DNA of 64,000 nt. Source: Dicyema japonicum. Its lineage: Eukaryota > Animalia > Dicyemida. Of the stretch, positions 38,091 through 51,279 are shown one piece after another. The notes below the pieces were generated by a model. That model ran no database searches. It saw only the letters and a program-made list of their open reading frames with translations, and had not been told where the DNA came from. Position numbers and translations under genes: made by a program. The first letter of the stretch is position 1; every line of letters begins with the position of its first letter. Location of the stretch: NCBI GenBank assembly GCA_011109175.1, contig RDEW01000004.1, forward strand, positions 1,278,705 to 1,342,704. The letters are read 5' to 3'.

Positions 38091-38431
38091 GTAAGACAGA
38101 GTCAACGGAAAATATGAAATATTTAAATAAGGCACTTAGCACTGCACATAAAGGTCCTCTTATCTGACAAGAATTCTACGGAGGCTCAATAAAAAGGATA
38201 ATTGGTTGCTGTAAGTTCTAAAGTTAGTTGCTGAGCGAATACAGGCTTTTAGGAAATTACGATGCTTTTTGGTTCGACGAGTGACGTTGTTATTAGCGAC
38301 ACCTCACTGCAAAACCGGATTGTTTACAGGGACTTACGCGATCAAAAGAAAAAACGTATAGAATGTTTTTCCAACTCCCAACGATGAGTTATCATAATTG
38401 TTCCTTTGATAAAAATTAATTCGAGTTATTC

Positions 38432-38570
38432 ACGTGGCTATTCCCTTTCAGGATTGCGAGCGAGGTTCGCTCAAATAGCCAACAGCGCTCACGGAGATCC
38501 CAGATGTGTTTCGAAATCCGAATCCCTAGTCGACCCAGGAATTCTAACGTCGAGGGTGCAATGGAGCCAG
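38432..38570 (+). repeat. Structured dispersed repeat (copy B)
   Basis: GGCTATT..TCAGG..GAGCGAGGTTCGCTCAAATAGCC, plus a 3' extension (TCCCTAG.CGAC..GAATTC) shared with 55325-55470. Confidence 0.7.
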
Positions 38571-39029
38571 GCTGTTATTTACTCTAAAATAAACTGTGTC
38601 TTGTCCATGTGTTCCAAATACTATGGAATTTTCACATTAATTCATTATTATCTAAGAATTTTAACCACTTTGGAAATTTTAGGTGATTCTAAGAATTATT
38701 TAAATATTGAATCTGTCCTCCTACACTCCCTGTAGTTTTAAATAAGAACCTTTATTTTACAAAAACTTGTGGGGACGACCTAAAGAGCTACGAGCAGATA
38801 CAACCAACAGGGGATGATGGAGACGCCTAGTGAAGAAAATTTTAAAATGTGTGGCGCAAGCGGGATTTCTTTGTTGTCGAATATTAGATTGGATTTAGCA
38901 ACCGGTCGGATCATAATTGAGCAGTCACGTGGGTCACTCTCGAAAATATCTTTATCACTTAAGAAAAAATATGTCTTCTTATCTCCAGATCCTCTAACAA
39001 TTAATGTTACAAGGGTGGTTGGATCCCGA

Positions 39030-39230
39030 GGCATTCTGCCATCAACAGGGCTGAACGCTCTCTTGAGGCGGTTGGATTCCCGTCATCTCTGGAACCGGTG
39101 GACCTAGATCATGGAGATGGAAAACTTTAGGACGGAGTAACTGTCTTCCCCTTCTCNCATGGAGATGGAAAACTCCCGGACGGAGTAACTGTCTTCCCCT
39201 TCTCTCGGGGGAAATTCTTGATTTTTGATG
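39030..39230 (+). mobile_element. CRE-like RLE fragment
   Basis: HSAINR..LEAVGFPSSLEPVDLDHGDGK; homologous to 30440-30540. Confidence 0.65.
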
Positions 39231-40064
39231 GGGCCTGCACCGATATTTTTTAAGTCGAGACTTTCAGGCTCCGCATTGAAAGCTGAAGAGGCTGCTCGTA
39301 CTTTCTAGAATTTCAAAATATGACAGCCTCCCAACAAGATTATATGTAGCCAAGAGTCGCCGTTACGAACGGAATCTTAGGGCCCAAGAACATAATGAAT
39401 TATTCCCACATTAATTTTTATTAAAAGACCTTTGACCTTGAAGGTTCACCAGATGCCCTATATTTGGGATTCTTTTAATAAAAGCTACTCTTATTTCTCC
39501 TTTTATGCAGACATGAAAATTATTACGCTTCTTCCGCATCATGTGGTTATGTTCTCCCTGTTCAATACAATATTATTTTACTTCTAAAATAAAGTGAGTT
39601 CTGCCATCATCAATTGAAAATTATTATATGGTTTATAGATATTTCTACATACGGATGTATAACACTCGACAATGAAGGTTATATTTATTTATACACCGAG
39701 AAAAAAGTTACACCATATAAATTAACTGTATTGTCGACAATTTCTGCAACTTTATATAAATAAAAAATCCAGAATAGTTTGCAGATTTGAGGCATTAATA
39801 AAGTCATTTTTATCATCTCGTCGTTGTTTAACTTTATGCTTTTTATTCACTATATTTTCCTAGTGATTGAAGATGCTTGAATGGCGCGTGTTCTAATAAA
39901 CGAGACTGAATAACTTCTTCGTTAGAAAACTCAACACCACGTGGTAATAGATTATTAGATTTTAGATAAAAATAAAAGATAAATAGTTCTATTTATTTTA
40001 TTTTTTAACAGGTACCATCAAAAAGAATAGAAATTGCCACGTGTCGACATGTGGTGCTACGTAG

Positions 40065-40385
40065 ATAATTGGTTGAAGTTTTCGGTTTGTTTTGTATGTT
40101 CCACCTCTTGCCTTACTGCTAGAGTAGCGTCATGTGATTCACTTGTCTTAGGTGAAAAAGGATAATTTGCTCTCCTTCACTCCACTGAAGGGGTTTCCAC
40201 AAGTGCAAGGAATTGACGTCTCTCACCTTTAATGTTGGTCCTGGATGGACTTGTGTGACGTTGAAGGACTCGGTAACGTTTTTACCCTTTATGTTGATTC
40301 CGGATTGTTTTTGTACAAGTGGAGACTGGATACACTTAATTAGTTGTTTACCTTAACTTATTTTTCGGTGTATCCGGGGATTTAA
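40065..40385 (+). repeat. 3' non-coding segment of the 'GIT-stop' family
   Basis: Aligns by eye with 51620-51905 (AATTGGTTGAAGTTT..CTCCACTG.AGGGGTTT..ACGTTTTTACCCTTTATGTTGATTCCGGAT..TCGGTGTAT.CGGGG). Confidence 0.75.
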
Positions 40386-40689
40386 ACAAAATAAATAAAT
40401 GATTTAAAAAACTAATTAAAAATCGTCAATTGAAAAAAAATAATCACCCCCGGACAAATAAAACTCGCCCCTCGTTGGGAAACACTGTTCTACCAAGTGC
40501 AGTCTAAATGAAGAGATATATAAAAAGGGTTTAGAGTTAAATACAGTATGACCTAAACCTTGAGGAAAGTGAAGCGATATAAAATCAGAGGAAAGTCGAC
40601 TTTTTTGGAATTTATAAGGTTTTTAATATTTTCGAAATTCAAATTTAATGTTATTAACCCCAGACACACCGAGAAGGAAATAAAGAGTT

Positions 40690-40917
40690 CCCATGTTCAT
40701 TATTATAAGCACTTTCACGAGAGCCATATTACTTGTGTTCCTCATGTGGAGTAGATGACATAATTTTGGAAACCAATCTCTTCCATCCTCTCTTATTGTC
40801 AGCCAGCAATTTTAATAAGTCTAGGTAATCTGCGGACCTCAACTCCCTTGTCAGAGCTTTCAAGTCAACAGAATTACTATTAGCTTTCAACCAAAGTGGC
40901 CTCATGGAAAACATCAA
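40690..40917 (-). mobile_element. RTE-like LINE extreme 3' end
   Basis: ELRSADYLDLLKLLA.NKRGWKRLV, then an AGTGCTTATAATAAT tail. Confidence 0.6.
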
Positions 40918-41416
40918 ATTTACTAAAATAAAAATTATGTTTATTAATAAAATAATTTATGTTTATCTTTTGTGTGTTTTGCGTGGGTCAATTACTCATA
41001 AAGAAATTCTCCTTCAACTGTACCTAAGTGACTCGACATCTCTCTTTTATCTAACGGCTATCATGTAGTTTCCTTGACAGTGGCTATGAAAGAGCGATAA
41101 ACTACTTTTCCCAGAGTTCCTAGATCAAGTGTGGCGACATCGAACCTAACTTTATATTAAACCCAGTTGTTTACTATTTCCAGTCGACGGTCTTTCCGTG
41201 AAGTGTATTGATCTACGGAATTTATAAACAACAGTTTTGTTGAAATTACTCTCACTTAGGAAACAAATATGTCACGAGCGCTGAGAGTGATCCATCAATG
41301 TCAAAAATAAAAATAATCTATTGCATCAAAGTTAACAATTTTACATTAGTGCTAACTATTATTTTCAATGATTTTGATTTTTTGTCGTTTTGAATGAACC
41401 ACTCCCATCTTCCTAT

Positions 41417-41874
41417 TCATTTTTTATAATACGAAGACTCCAAATTTACCCTCTCAAGGTTAAAACGACTCCTTACTAATAAATAACAGTAAAAAACCTT
41501 TTGTATAAGTGTCGAGATTTTCTACAACTTTTAATTCTTTTATATTAAAACTTTCTGGATTATCGTGAACATGATTCCACAACAATCGAGGAATACTACG
41601 ATATTCTTTGGAATCGAGCAGAGACAACTCGCTTAGAAATAACATGTAATAAATATTATTTTTCCACACTTCATATAGGTATACGGGGAGTATGGAATCA
41701 AAACCCGTCAGGGGAAAATTCCGGAATGTGCGTACATACGACCTCATACCTGTTCAGGAGCGAATTCCGGAGCATGATATCATAAGACGATAATATTAAA
41801 TTCCACCTCATTCCTCCTAAAAGTTTAATTAAAATAAATAAAATCTTTTCTATACTTCCGAGCTGCCGAAACAT
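41417..41874 (-). CDS. Putative uncharacterised multi-exon gene
   Basis: ORF 41460-41747 continues through the 22-nt intron gttttttactgttatttattag to VRSRFNLERVNLESSYYKK*. Upstream exons are ambiguous and no family was recognised. Confidence 0.35.
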
Positions 41875-42478
41875 TCAGGTCTTGTCCCTCCAGCATGCAT
41901 TTTATAATTTTGTACTCTTCAGTAGTTTTTATGGTAACTTTGTTAGGCATCAGGACAACGTGATGTGGGTTAGTTTTTTGATTTTATTGTCAAAAATTAT
42001 GGTATGCCAACAAAAATTGGTGTGAATCTTTTATAAAATACTTTTACACATAATAATTATTACCTAAGATTAATCTCTATTAGTAAAAATAATGATTTTA
42101 TATAAAAATGCACAAATTATTCCGAAACTTAAGTATTGATTATTTTTGCAATAAACATGACAGATGGTGACACCTGTCATCACTCTCAGCGCTCGCGACA
42201 TATACCAAACACTCAACGGAAATTTCGTCATTGATCACACAAGTCCATCAAGAACCAATGTACATTCAATAGAGAACCTTCAAACAAAAGTCCTAGGAAT
42301 CGTCCAATATGGAACCCCTAAGGAGTGATCCAACAGGATGGGGCAAGTCAAATGGTCCCTCGTGCCATTACGTTGGTTTCAAAATATTACGCAGAATAGC
42401 TGATTATGCTTGATTACGTTTATTGATCAAAAATCAATTTAGTTGCGATATTGTTAATTTGTTATCAATGTTAGAATT

Positions 42479-43048
42479 TTAATATTCGTAAAAGCCGCCA
42501 TCCACTTTTCTGGAATATCCACCATTTGTTGATTGAACGTGAGGACAGTCTTATTTGTTAGGGACAAACATACCAATTCCCTTTTTAATGCTGAAAAAGT
42601 TTTCTCTGGTAGGGATCTGTTTGATCACGATCGGATGATTCATTGGAGGTTTTGGGGGAGGTACAATTTTGATTCGGTTTTTTAACAAGCGTCAGTTTAG
42701 TAGAAAAAAGTAACCAACCCATGATCTAGGCCAACAGTCTCCGCCTGAAGAACAGTCATCCCTCTTGAAAATCCGAAAGAGCAGTGATTGTCGTAGATTC
42801 CCTTCAAAACAAAATCGAGGTCATCTTTGGGAGCCACAGGGTCGTTATTGGCTACATTTCTGCGTGCAGTTGCAAGAGTATCAGTAGCGGATAACCTCAG
42901 CCAGGGATGTTGTTTCTGGGCCAAGTAAGCATCATCAGCGGGCACATTCTAAATAACGTATTACGCATACAGGACGTATTTTTGTGATATTTGTAAAATT
43001 ATTGTCATTTTCGAACTTTATTGGAGGAAGTGGATCCCTGAGAGTCAT
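42479..43048 (-). CDS. CFAP276: Cilia- and flagella-associated protein 276 (C1orf194/DUF3695)
   Basis: RDP..ENDNNF, YLAQKQHPWLRL..T....RR, PKDDLDFVL..YDNH, STNGGYSRKVDGGFY*. An upstream ATG at 43200 is possible. Confidence 0.85.
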
Positions 43049-44504
43049 TCTTAATCCTTAGAAACAAAAATTTTATTTGTTTTTAATAAAAAAAATATTT
43101 AATAAAAATTTAATTTTTAAATAAGAATTAAAAAAAATATCGATTCACCAATAAAACCTATAAACTTCTCAGTTGAGTACTTCAAGGTTCTCCCTTTCAT
43201 TAACATTGGCTAACCTATTTATGAAAATATACCAAAACCTAAAATAAAAATTGTATCATACTTTTCTACGCGGACGATATTATTTTCACTGCCAGGAATA
43301 GAGACTAAAAAACAACCTCCTGGGTCATTCAAAAAATGTTTCACATTCTGACCACGTGGTTTTTTCAATTGAATTCCCCCAACCAAGTCTTTTACAACAT
43401 TCCTCACTATTATCTACCAACAATTAGTCTTGCTAATACACACGCTAGTGCATCGTAGTTAATGACCTTTTCCTGTTCTTCCATGCTCTAGTTAACCACA
43501 ATCCAGGAATCCACCAACAACGTCATCAGCTCTAATTCTGAGTCTATGACTTTTGAAGCTCTTTTACTAGAACGACAACAAAAATTCTTGAAAGCGGACA
43601 ACCTACAAAACAGCCTTCTCTACAAAACGATTATCAAATACTTTTAAAAACTTCCCAAGATACGAGGAGACTCAAGCCCTTTATGGAGGTCGGTTCAAAA
43701 TACCCGTCTCACAGGTTTCTACCTCCCCGTGACAATTTGGGATCACTTAGTGGATACAAGACATCATCATTGGTTTACACGATTATTTGAACAGAATCGG
43801 ACTCTGTGCTCTTCCTGCTTTCTACGACCACTTCTCTTGTTCTGATTTGGGTTTTGCGCAACATCACTTACACTTGATGGATCTCTGGGGGCGTCTATTC
43901 GTGTTAATTACTTTTCTGTTAGCCACCGGTTTCCTTCACTGAAAAGGCCGGGATTAAATAAATGAGATTCCAAAGCTAATAAAACAAGACAATATCCTTC
44001 ACTAGGCATATTTGATTAGTTCCCTAAACTAAGGGGTGAAATTCCTAGTCTAAAATATGTTTTGTCTGAGGCTATTCTTTTTATCAAAATTATAAAATAC
44101 CAGGACAGCCATTTGTAAGGTTTATGTGATAATAGAACATAAAAATGACAAGACAGCCAGGTTGATGTCTCTAATCTAAGAAAACATTATTAACTGAGCA
44201 TCCTCCTTGGGAGTTCCTAGTCTATCAAAGAATGTCCGTTAGCCTCAAATCTTGGGGATAAGATTCTGAGGTTATACAATGGTTATATTAATATTTTTGG
44301 TTAGATTCTCCCAGTTAGCTATTTGGTCAAAATGTGATGTTTTATCCTCTCGCCGGGGGAACCTCATGAGCCTTTGGATATTCGACCTACGCTTTCTTCA
44401 AAATACTCGGAAATCTTATCTCAATCACAGTCAGGGCCCCATAATTCTAATTTCTGTTTTCCACATAATAACTTAATTTAACTCCAGACATCCCGAAAAT
44501 TATA

Positions 44505-44720
44505 AAAAGAATTAATTTATTTACATAACCCGGGGAACACCGAACAAGGTAGTAACTGAACTAGTTAACTGATTTCGGTTCTCAGAATCGGACGAACGGC
44601 TTTGTCACTGCATCTAGGGACCCCTCGGCTTCCCGGAAGCGCCTGCACTTGTATCTAAACAGAAGTCGTTGAGGACGAATGTATGAGGAAGGACCGTTCA
44701 TTTTCAGACAGTAGCACTCC
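44505..44720 (-). repeat. Divergent 3' segment of the 'GIT-stop' family
   Basis: Minus strand has ACAAGTGCAGG...TTAACTAGTT..TTCGGTGTTCCCCGGGG. Confidence 0.45.
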
Positions 44721-45210
44721 AATAACAATTTCTCTAATTAACAAAAAGAGAATCAATCAATTTCGAAATTTGAATGATAAAATTCCTAGAACCTCTCATG
44801 GTTTTATCCAATGGGGTAAAACGATAAAATAGTCATAAAACCTGATAACATGAACCGCCTCTCATGTTGTTTACCAAAATCACTCAGTTAACTTTTCACT
44901 CTTTCTCGTTGTATCAAAGATTTAAACATATTTTAGCTAAAAACTAGATTGAAAAACAGATACGAAGGGAAACTATTGCATATGAGTGGATCTCAGAAAT
45001 AATGGTTAGCACGGGGATAAGTAAAGTCTACTAAAAAAACTGGGACCGGCAAATTGATTTATTACTTTCCCAGTGTATCCAAAGCTTGAGAAAAAGGTCG
45101 AGTAAACAAGCCACATTGTAAAACCTACTCACAAAGACAGTAAAAATACAAAGTTAATTTAATTAATAAATTAAGCAAAGGTAAAGATAAAAAATTACAT
45201 TCAAAGCACA

Positions 45211-47222
45211 TCATATACGGCCTTGTCTTACAAGGAATGCCTCCTGAATTTCCTTCACCAACAAAATCCGCCTCATCATTTTATCAATATCCTTTGCCTC
45301 CATCGATTCTGCTATGAACCACACCGACCCCTCCGCGTTATCAGGTTTCAAATAGAACAGGTCCGATCTACTTCTCACCCCCGCAGGACTAGAGTCAACC
45401 CAAACAACACCATTTTGACAAATAAAAGTCATAAATTCGCACAGGACACCGCGAGACGTCCCCAACATTCTCAGGTTGCTCCAAAACCTCGTCTCCACGC
45501 AACAACCTCGAATTATCTGAGTCATAACAGTCCAAACCTGTCGGAGAAGAGTGCTTAGGATAATAACACAGGCAAAGCTGCCTCGTGGCCTGCCCATATC
45601 CCGAGTTCGGCGCCATAACCTTGCGAGATTGCTTGATAATGTTAGAGAAAGATAAGTTCAGGTGATCATTGGCTGAACGGAGAAGAAAATATTTCGTGTT
45701 AAAGTACAGGATCGTGTTTAGGATTGCCTGAGGTGAACTGGTTCCCAACTGTCTCGTCTCCCACAGGTGTTCTTCTTGGATCCGACAAATCAGTTGGCCT
45801 AGGGTCTCAAGAAAGATCTACCGTTCTGGTTCAATCGTGGGTCCCAGCCTCTCAAGATCGAGTCCAGGAGGTCCGTGAATCCTCGGAAGTCCCCTACATC
45901 GGAAAATATGTTGATTCCACGACCACAGTCGTTCAGGTAGTGCTGAATCCCCAAACACAGATAGTAAACGCTGTCTGAGGCGTACTGTTCCCCCGTTGGC
46001 TTTCTGATCTCCCGAAGGAACTGACATAGAGCATCATTGAGGACCAAAGGGGTGCTGAAAACTAAATCAGGGTAGACCATACCAGAACTAGAGATAGCTA
46101 AGCACAAACAAACCTGCGTTCGATCCTCGACGTTAACCAGTTATTCCAGGCGTTCACACCATAAGAATGCTTTAATACGTTTCCAGTGGGGTTCTCTAAT
46201 GCTATAGCTTTGGTAGGGGCCCTCTTTACTTCTTCAATTTTGACAGAAGTGCGAGGTTCAGACTTAATCTCCTTTATCTAAAATGGTTAAACTATTCTCT
46301 ACCACAGGAGGACTTGTAGTGAAGGGAATTGGGATTGGAATAGGGATAGGGACGAGCAAAGTAAAAGGAATCTCCTCTTCATAGAGGCACATTGGAAGGA
46401 TTTGGTGAAAGGGAACCGGAATTGGCAGTAAAGTTGTTTCCAGTGAGTTGTAGTCAAGTTCTATAATTAAATCGGAAACACTACCAGTTTGAGAGGAAGC
46501 ATCGCAGGCGGAAGGTTTACAGATGAGAGACTTATTGCTGGACAGAACATCATTCTGAACAGATTTGTTTTTCATGCAAGACGACGGCGATTCAAAATTA
46601 GCGGGCTTTTTGGTTCGTTTCTTTTAATTAAGGCAGAAAATACGCTAGGAGAAGGATGTCTTTCTGTACCAAAACGCCCTGAACGTACTCGCTTCCTAGG
46701 CCTTCCGCGAGTGGGTTTGGCAAACTCGAAGCACTCCTCGGAACAATAGTAGCGATCCTTTCCTCCACAGAACATATTTTTCAGACTCTTTGTGACTCCA
46801 CAGCTACCAGTGAGAGAAGCACAAACCCTAGGCATTTCACGGCTCTTCTGTTGGCAATCTTGTAGATGGAAAGGCATTCCTCTCTACAGAATATGAGGCG
46901 ACCGTCGCTGCAGTTCAAACTGGGGTAGTTCCCAAAGACATTGACTGGGGCTGAACATTGGGTGCAGCAGACGGAGCCGTGGTCTTCCGAACCAAGCTTA
47001 GCGCGCTTTGTTTGAGGCTAAAATAAAGAACAGGACAACATTATGTGAGGAGAAAGGTAAGGGGACTAACAAAGTGAAACGTAACAATACCTCTTCTAGA
47101 AAAATCAAGAAAATCCTAAAAATAAATCAAATTAGAAACCTGATTAGTATAATTTGAAGAATTTGGAGTCTAAAGGCATATAGTAATAAAATTACGTAAT
47201 TTGGTGGCTTAGTGGGGTCCAT
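45211..47222 (-). CDS. ZMYM: ZMYM2/3/4 (WOC)-like MYM zinc-finger protein with C-terminal DUF3504
   Basis: CTQC..FC...CL.IY (MYM finger); YGVNAW..W; ALCQFLREIRKPTGEQY..DSVYYLCLGIQHYL; EEHLWETRQLGTSSP..LNTILYFNTKYF; CPVRIYDFYLSK; ILLVKEIQE. ATG 47222 is joined through 22-26 nt introns. Confidence 0.9.
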
Positions 47223-48479
47223 AAGTGTATAATTGTGTAGATACTAAAATATAGTCATTTTAAGAAAATAATCGTTAAATTTATGTATTATTTCAATATT
47301 TAATGTAAATTTGTTATTACAATTGTAAGAATAAAAGATAAACTATTTGAATTACAACTAACCCACAGTGTGTTTATTTAAATTAAATAGGTTTTCCTGT
47401 AGAAAATATTTAATATTTAAATTAATTTAATTATAATTTATAATAAAACTATTTTTAATTTTGATTGTTTTTATCTGATAAAAATTGCTAATTTATCCGC
47501 TGTGGTTTTATTTTTATGTCGTTTAAATTGACGCGCTTGAAAAATTGGCAAGTTTTCCTGTCCAAATCGACTTCAGACATTACGTTATTCTTAATCAATA
47601 GTTGTTATCAATTTTTAATTTTATTCTTTAATTTAAATTTATTTTTAACTTTTAATTACTTTTATAAATAATAAAATTTGTTTTAACTTTTGCGTTATTT
47701 TTTAAATATTTTTTCTTGTTGTAAACTATGATCTTCTTGGTTTTGACTATTGTGTCAATTAAGTCACCGAGGATCGATTGTTAGAACCTTTTAATAACAC
47801 TAATATACTCAAAATATGTTTTTATCTGGTTTCCCTGCTCTGACTGAGACGAATGCTAACATCACTTCTTTACCAAGTATCAGCCATCAAGGCAACCTCA
47901 TCACTGTAGTTTGGAAAGAGAGATATCTTTTTTGGTGACATCCTCTTTAGTGAAGAGCAGAAATGAATTCCCTCACCATGAAGTAGCGATCTTGGAATCT
48001 TGTTTGTATAAATGATTTAACAAAGTTGATATCTGTTGTAATTGTGAGAGGCATCGTCGACTAGGATCATTTTTGATCGATTTTTGTGTTTTGTAATAAA
48101 GTTTGTCATTCAACTAATAATTACAATCCATTAATATGAATTTGTGTTGGTTAAATAAAGTTTCATCAATTAATATTAAAAAATTCGAGAATTTTCTGCG
48201 CGAACAGATTAATGTCATTTATCATGTACTTTAAGTGTTAACGCGTAAAACAATTATTGCTTTTTTGTAAGTTTCATACAAAAAGCCGCTTATTTAATTT
48301 ATTGGTTGAGAGTTTTAACTGTTGATGTTATGACAGTAAATTTAATGTTCTACTTCTTTTCTTTTGATGGTCAGGGGTGGTTTTCTAACTCTGAGTCTCC
48401 GAGCGGACATCCGAGAAAGTGTACCCTGTCCATAGAAGTGATCCTTCGTATTAAGATTTCAAATACGTGGCACGCAGCT

Positions 48480-49400
48480 GAGAAATGTGGTCGAACAAGA
48501 GGTGTTGACCAAATCCGATTTCATAATGTTGACACTCATGCCCAATTCACCTAGGACTGGAATAGCTGAATAAACGTATACATTCTCCCATGGACCAGGT
48601 ATTATGGCATCATCCAAGCTCAGTCATTTGAGTTCGCAGTTTATATTGTACACCACACTATCAATCGTCAAAGCGGAAAGCAAGGGCCCTAAAAGGTCCC
48701 CCTACTGAACTACGGTGCGAGGATGAACGATTCCGTTTCCGTACCCTAACGCTCTCATCAAGTAAGTCTCCAAAATGCAGTCCCTTCTTTACGAGTTGGA
48801 GGAATTCTATATATCAAGCTTCAGACCTAGGCATCGGGTTTGAGGATTATCCACGCTGAAGTAACTCCTCGTTGCATGCACTGTCTCCTCGCATCCACTG
48901 ACCACACCCCACCAAGTTGAATCAGGGAGAGCTCTTTGTCGACCCTATGAAAGATTCTCTAGGCCACTAATTTAGTATCTAGCCTTCGGAAGTATGTTCC
49001 GATCGCAATTGGAAGAATTTCACTATCTCCATTAAGGAATGCCAATAGATGTCCGCGAAAAAATCTCTAGCGAATGTGGGAATGCATCTACTAATTAGTT
49101 ACCCTTGGAGGCCTGTGATAGACAAGATTACAGCTCGTCCCGCCTCATCAGTGCCTACTAAAATTAAATCCTGCTTGAGCGCTGTGAATCCGAACCTCCG
49201 CTACTGCTGGGTGCAGACGATTTTATTCCTCGTATTACTTTGTTTCCCGTCAGGGCAAATATCGGGATATTTTTCGGCAACGTCAGATGGCGGTGGTTCG
49301 AAGGTGGAATACGGTTCTTCTCAGGAACTTCAAAACTGATTGATACAGCTTAACGAGTGTTTCATCACAAGACACAACCCTTACACGTGCATGGACGTAG
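48480..49400 (-). mobile_element. CRE-like RT fragment
   Basis: GDLLGPLLSAL...LDDA; upstream remnants resemble the RPIAIG / QLGVG motifs. Confidence 0.65.
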
Positions 49401-49459
49401 TGGTATATATGAATTTCCATAGAGAACGAACTTTGTAGAACACGGAAAAACTAAGTTTA

Positions 49460-51140
49460 TTATTTATTGAAAGGAATAGTCCTTCGAGGAGGAATCCATG
49501 GACCAAACGTGACTGGTTCGCTTTTACGGACAAAAGTATTTTCCTTCAAATATTCACAAAATAACCTTTTTGTCAAGCCAATCCTCAAAATTCTTTTGGG
49601 CTTCCATTTCTTTCCTCAGTTTTTTATTTTCCTTCTCCTTTAATTCGTTTTCTTGGCTTTGTTTTAATTTCTTTTTTGAAAGCTGTTGTTCCTGGAATCG
49701 CTTTTCCCTAAAATTACACACGAAACTACATTTTTTTCCGTTTATTTTCAATTTCCGTGACTTCCTCTGCGGATCTCGCGGCTTTCGGTTTTTCCTTTTC
49801 TTCTTTCGGCTTTGGAGTCGACTTCTTCTTTTCCAACCAGGCAGCAAAGCTCTTCACTGAATTGAAATAGAACCTTTTCTGACTTGAACACGTTTTTTTT
49901 CTTTTCTTGCTCTTTTTCCGCCAGTTTTTTCTCTTCGGCTTTTCTTTCCCTCTGCTTTTTTAAAACCAGCAAATCCGCATTTCGTTTCCACGCGGTGAAC
50001 GTGTTTGTTGCGGTAGTCTCCAACTCAGACTTTCTCTGACTTTATTGAACCAACAAGACTTTAAAATCCTCCGTTTTTTGGATTTCTTTCAACTTTTTTT
50101 CCGTCGTTTTTTGTTCGATCAATTTCGTGGTTTTTTTCTTGTACCACGAAAGATAAGCCATGTCTACGATATCTTTCGCGCACGTGAAGTCACACGTGTC
50201 CTCAATCTGTGATAAATTTGGCTGAGAATAAACTGACTTCTTATTGAATTTGTCCCGTCTTTCAACCTCATAAATATGTCTACGTGTCCTCAATCTGTGA
50301 TAAATTTGGCTGAGAATAAACTGACTTCTTATTGAATTTGTCCCGTCTTTCAAGCTCATGAATATGTCTACCTTTTCGGAGAATTCAGGATCAAAACCCG
50401 CGGCTTCGCTTCGTAAGTGGCATTCAAAATTTTTTTAATCGGAGTCTGTGGCTTGGAAGTCGAAATTTCTAGTTTTTGAACATCTTTGTGTTCTGAGAGT
50501 TCTCTGGTGACATTTATCTAAACATAAAATTAATTTTAACATTTCTGCATGGCTTTTCTTCTTCTACGACTTGCGTGGGCACGGTTGGTAGATTCAGTAA
50601 ATTTTTGATTTTTCCTTGAGATTCCTCTTTTTTGAATTCGAACTTATTTTTAGATTCACTCGTTTGTTGGGCTGGAGACGAAATTTCTTGTTTCATTAAC
50701 TTTGGTGTTTCTTTCGTTTCTGTGGGATCTAAATTTAGCAGTTTCAGGATTTTCTTTTCCTCAAAGACTTCCGTCCCCATTGAGGATCTCGGATGAATGA
50801 AAGTCGTTACTTTCTCCTGAGAGCTGTTATTTCGCTACGAGATTTTAGTATTTGAATGAAATTATCTTTGTTTGATTTTTCAGAATGTGGCATTTCTTCG
50901 TCTTTTTTCGTTTTCTTGAAAAAGTAATTTTGCGATGCTTTCAGTTTGTCTTCACTTTCTTCGTCTTTGAAAAACAATTTTTTGCGTTCATTCGATAATT
51001 TTGATTGACCTTTTTCGTCTAAAATTCATATTTTTGGAGTTACTTGGGACATTAACCATATTATTCTCGTCAGAATCTTCGTCTAGTTTATCTAGAAAGT
51101 TCTTTAATACGTTTGGATCTCTTATAGTTTTTTTGAACAT
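49460..51140 (-). CDS. MAP9: Microtubule-associated protein 9 (ASAP)-like
   Basis: K/E-rich, with repeated aromatic motifs AYLSWYKKK, FTAWKR, FEDWLDKK and C-terminal GPWIPPRRT, matching MAP9 (PWSPPSRT). An 88-nt duplication at 50201-50376 breaks the frame in this assembly. Confidence 0.7.
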
Positions 51141-51279
51141 TCACTACGCTTTTTATTCTTCCTTAGTAATAATATGTATATTAAAAATTAATTTATAAAT
51201 AAAAATTAATTATAATTATTTTAAATTTATATGAGCCCCACTTATCTCATGGACAAATGTCTTGAAGATCGCGGCTAAC

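Noticed and set aside
1960-49390. Recurrent CACGTG (E-box) palindromes
   Set aside because: A 6-mer that mostly falls in coding or TE sequence, with no positional link to gene starts.
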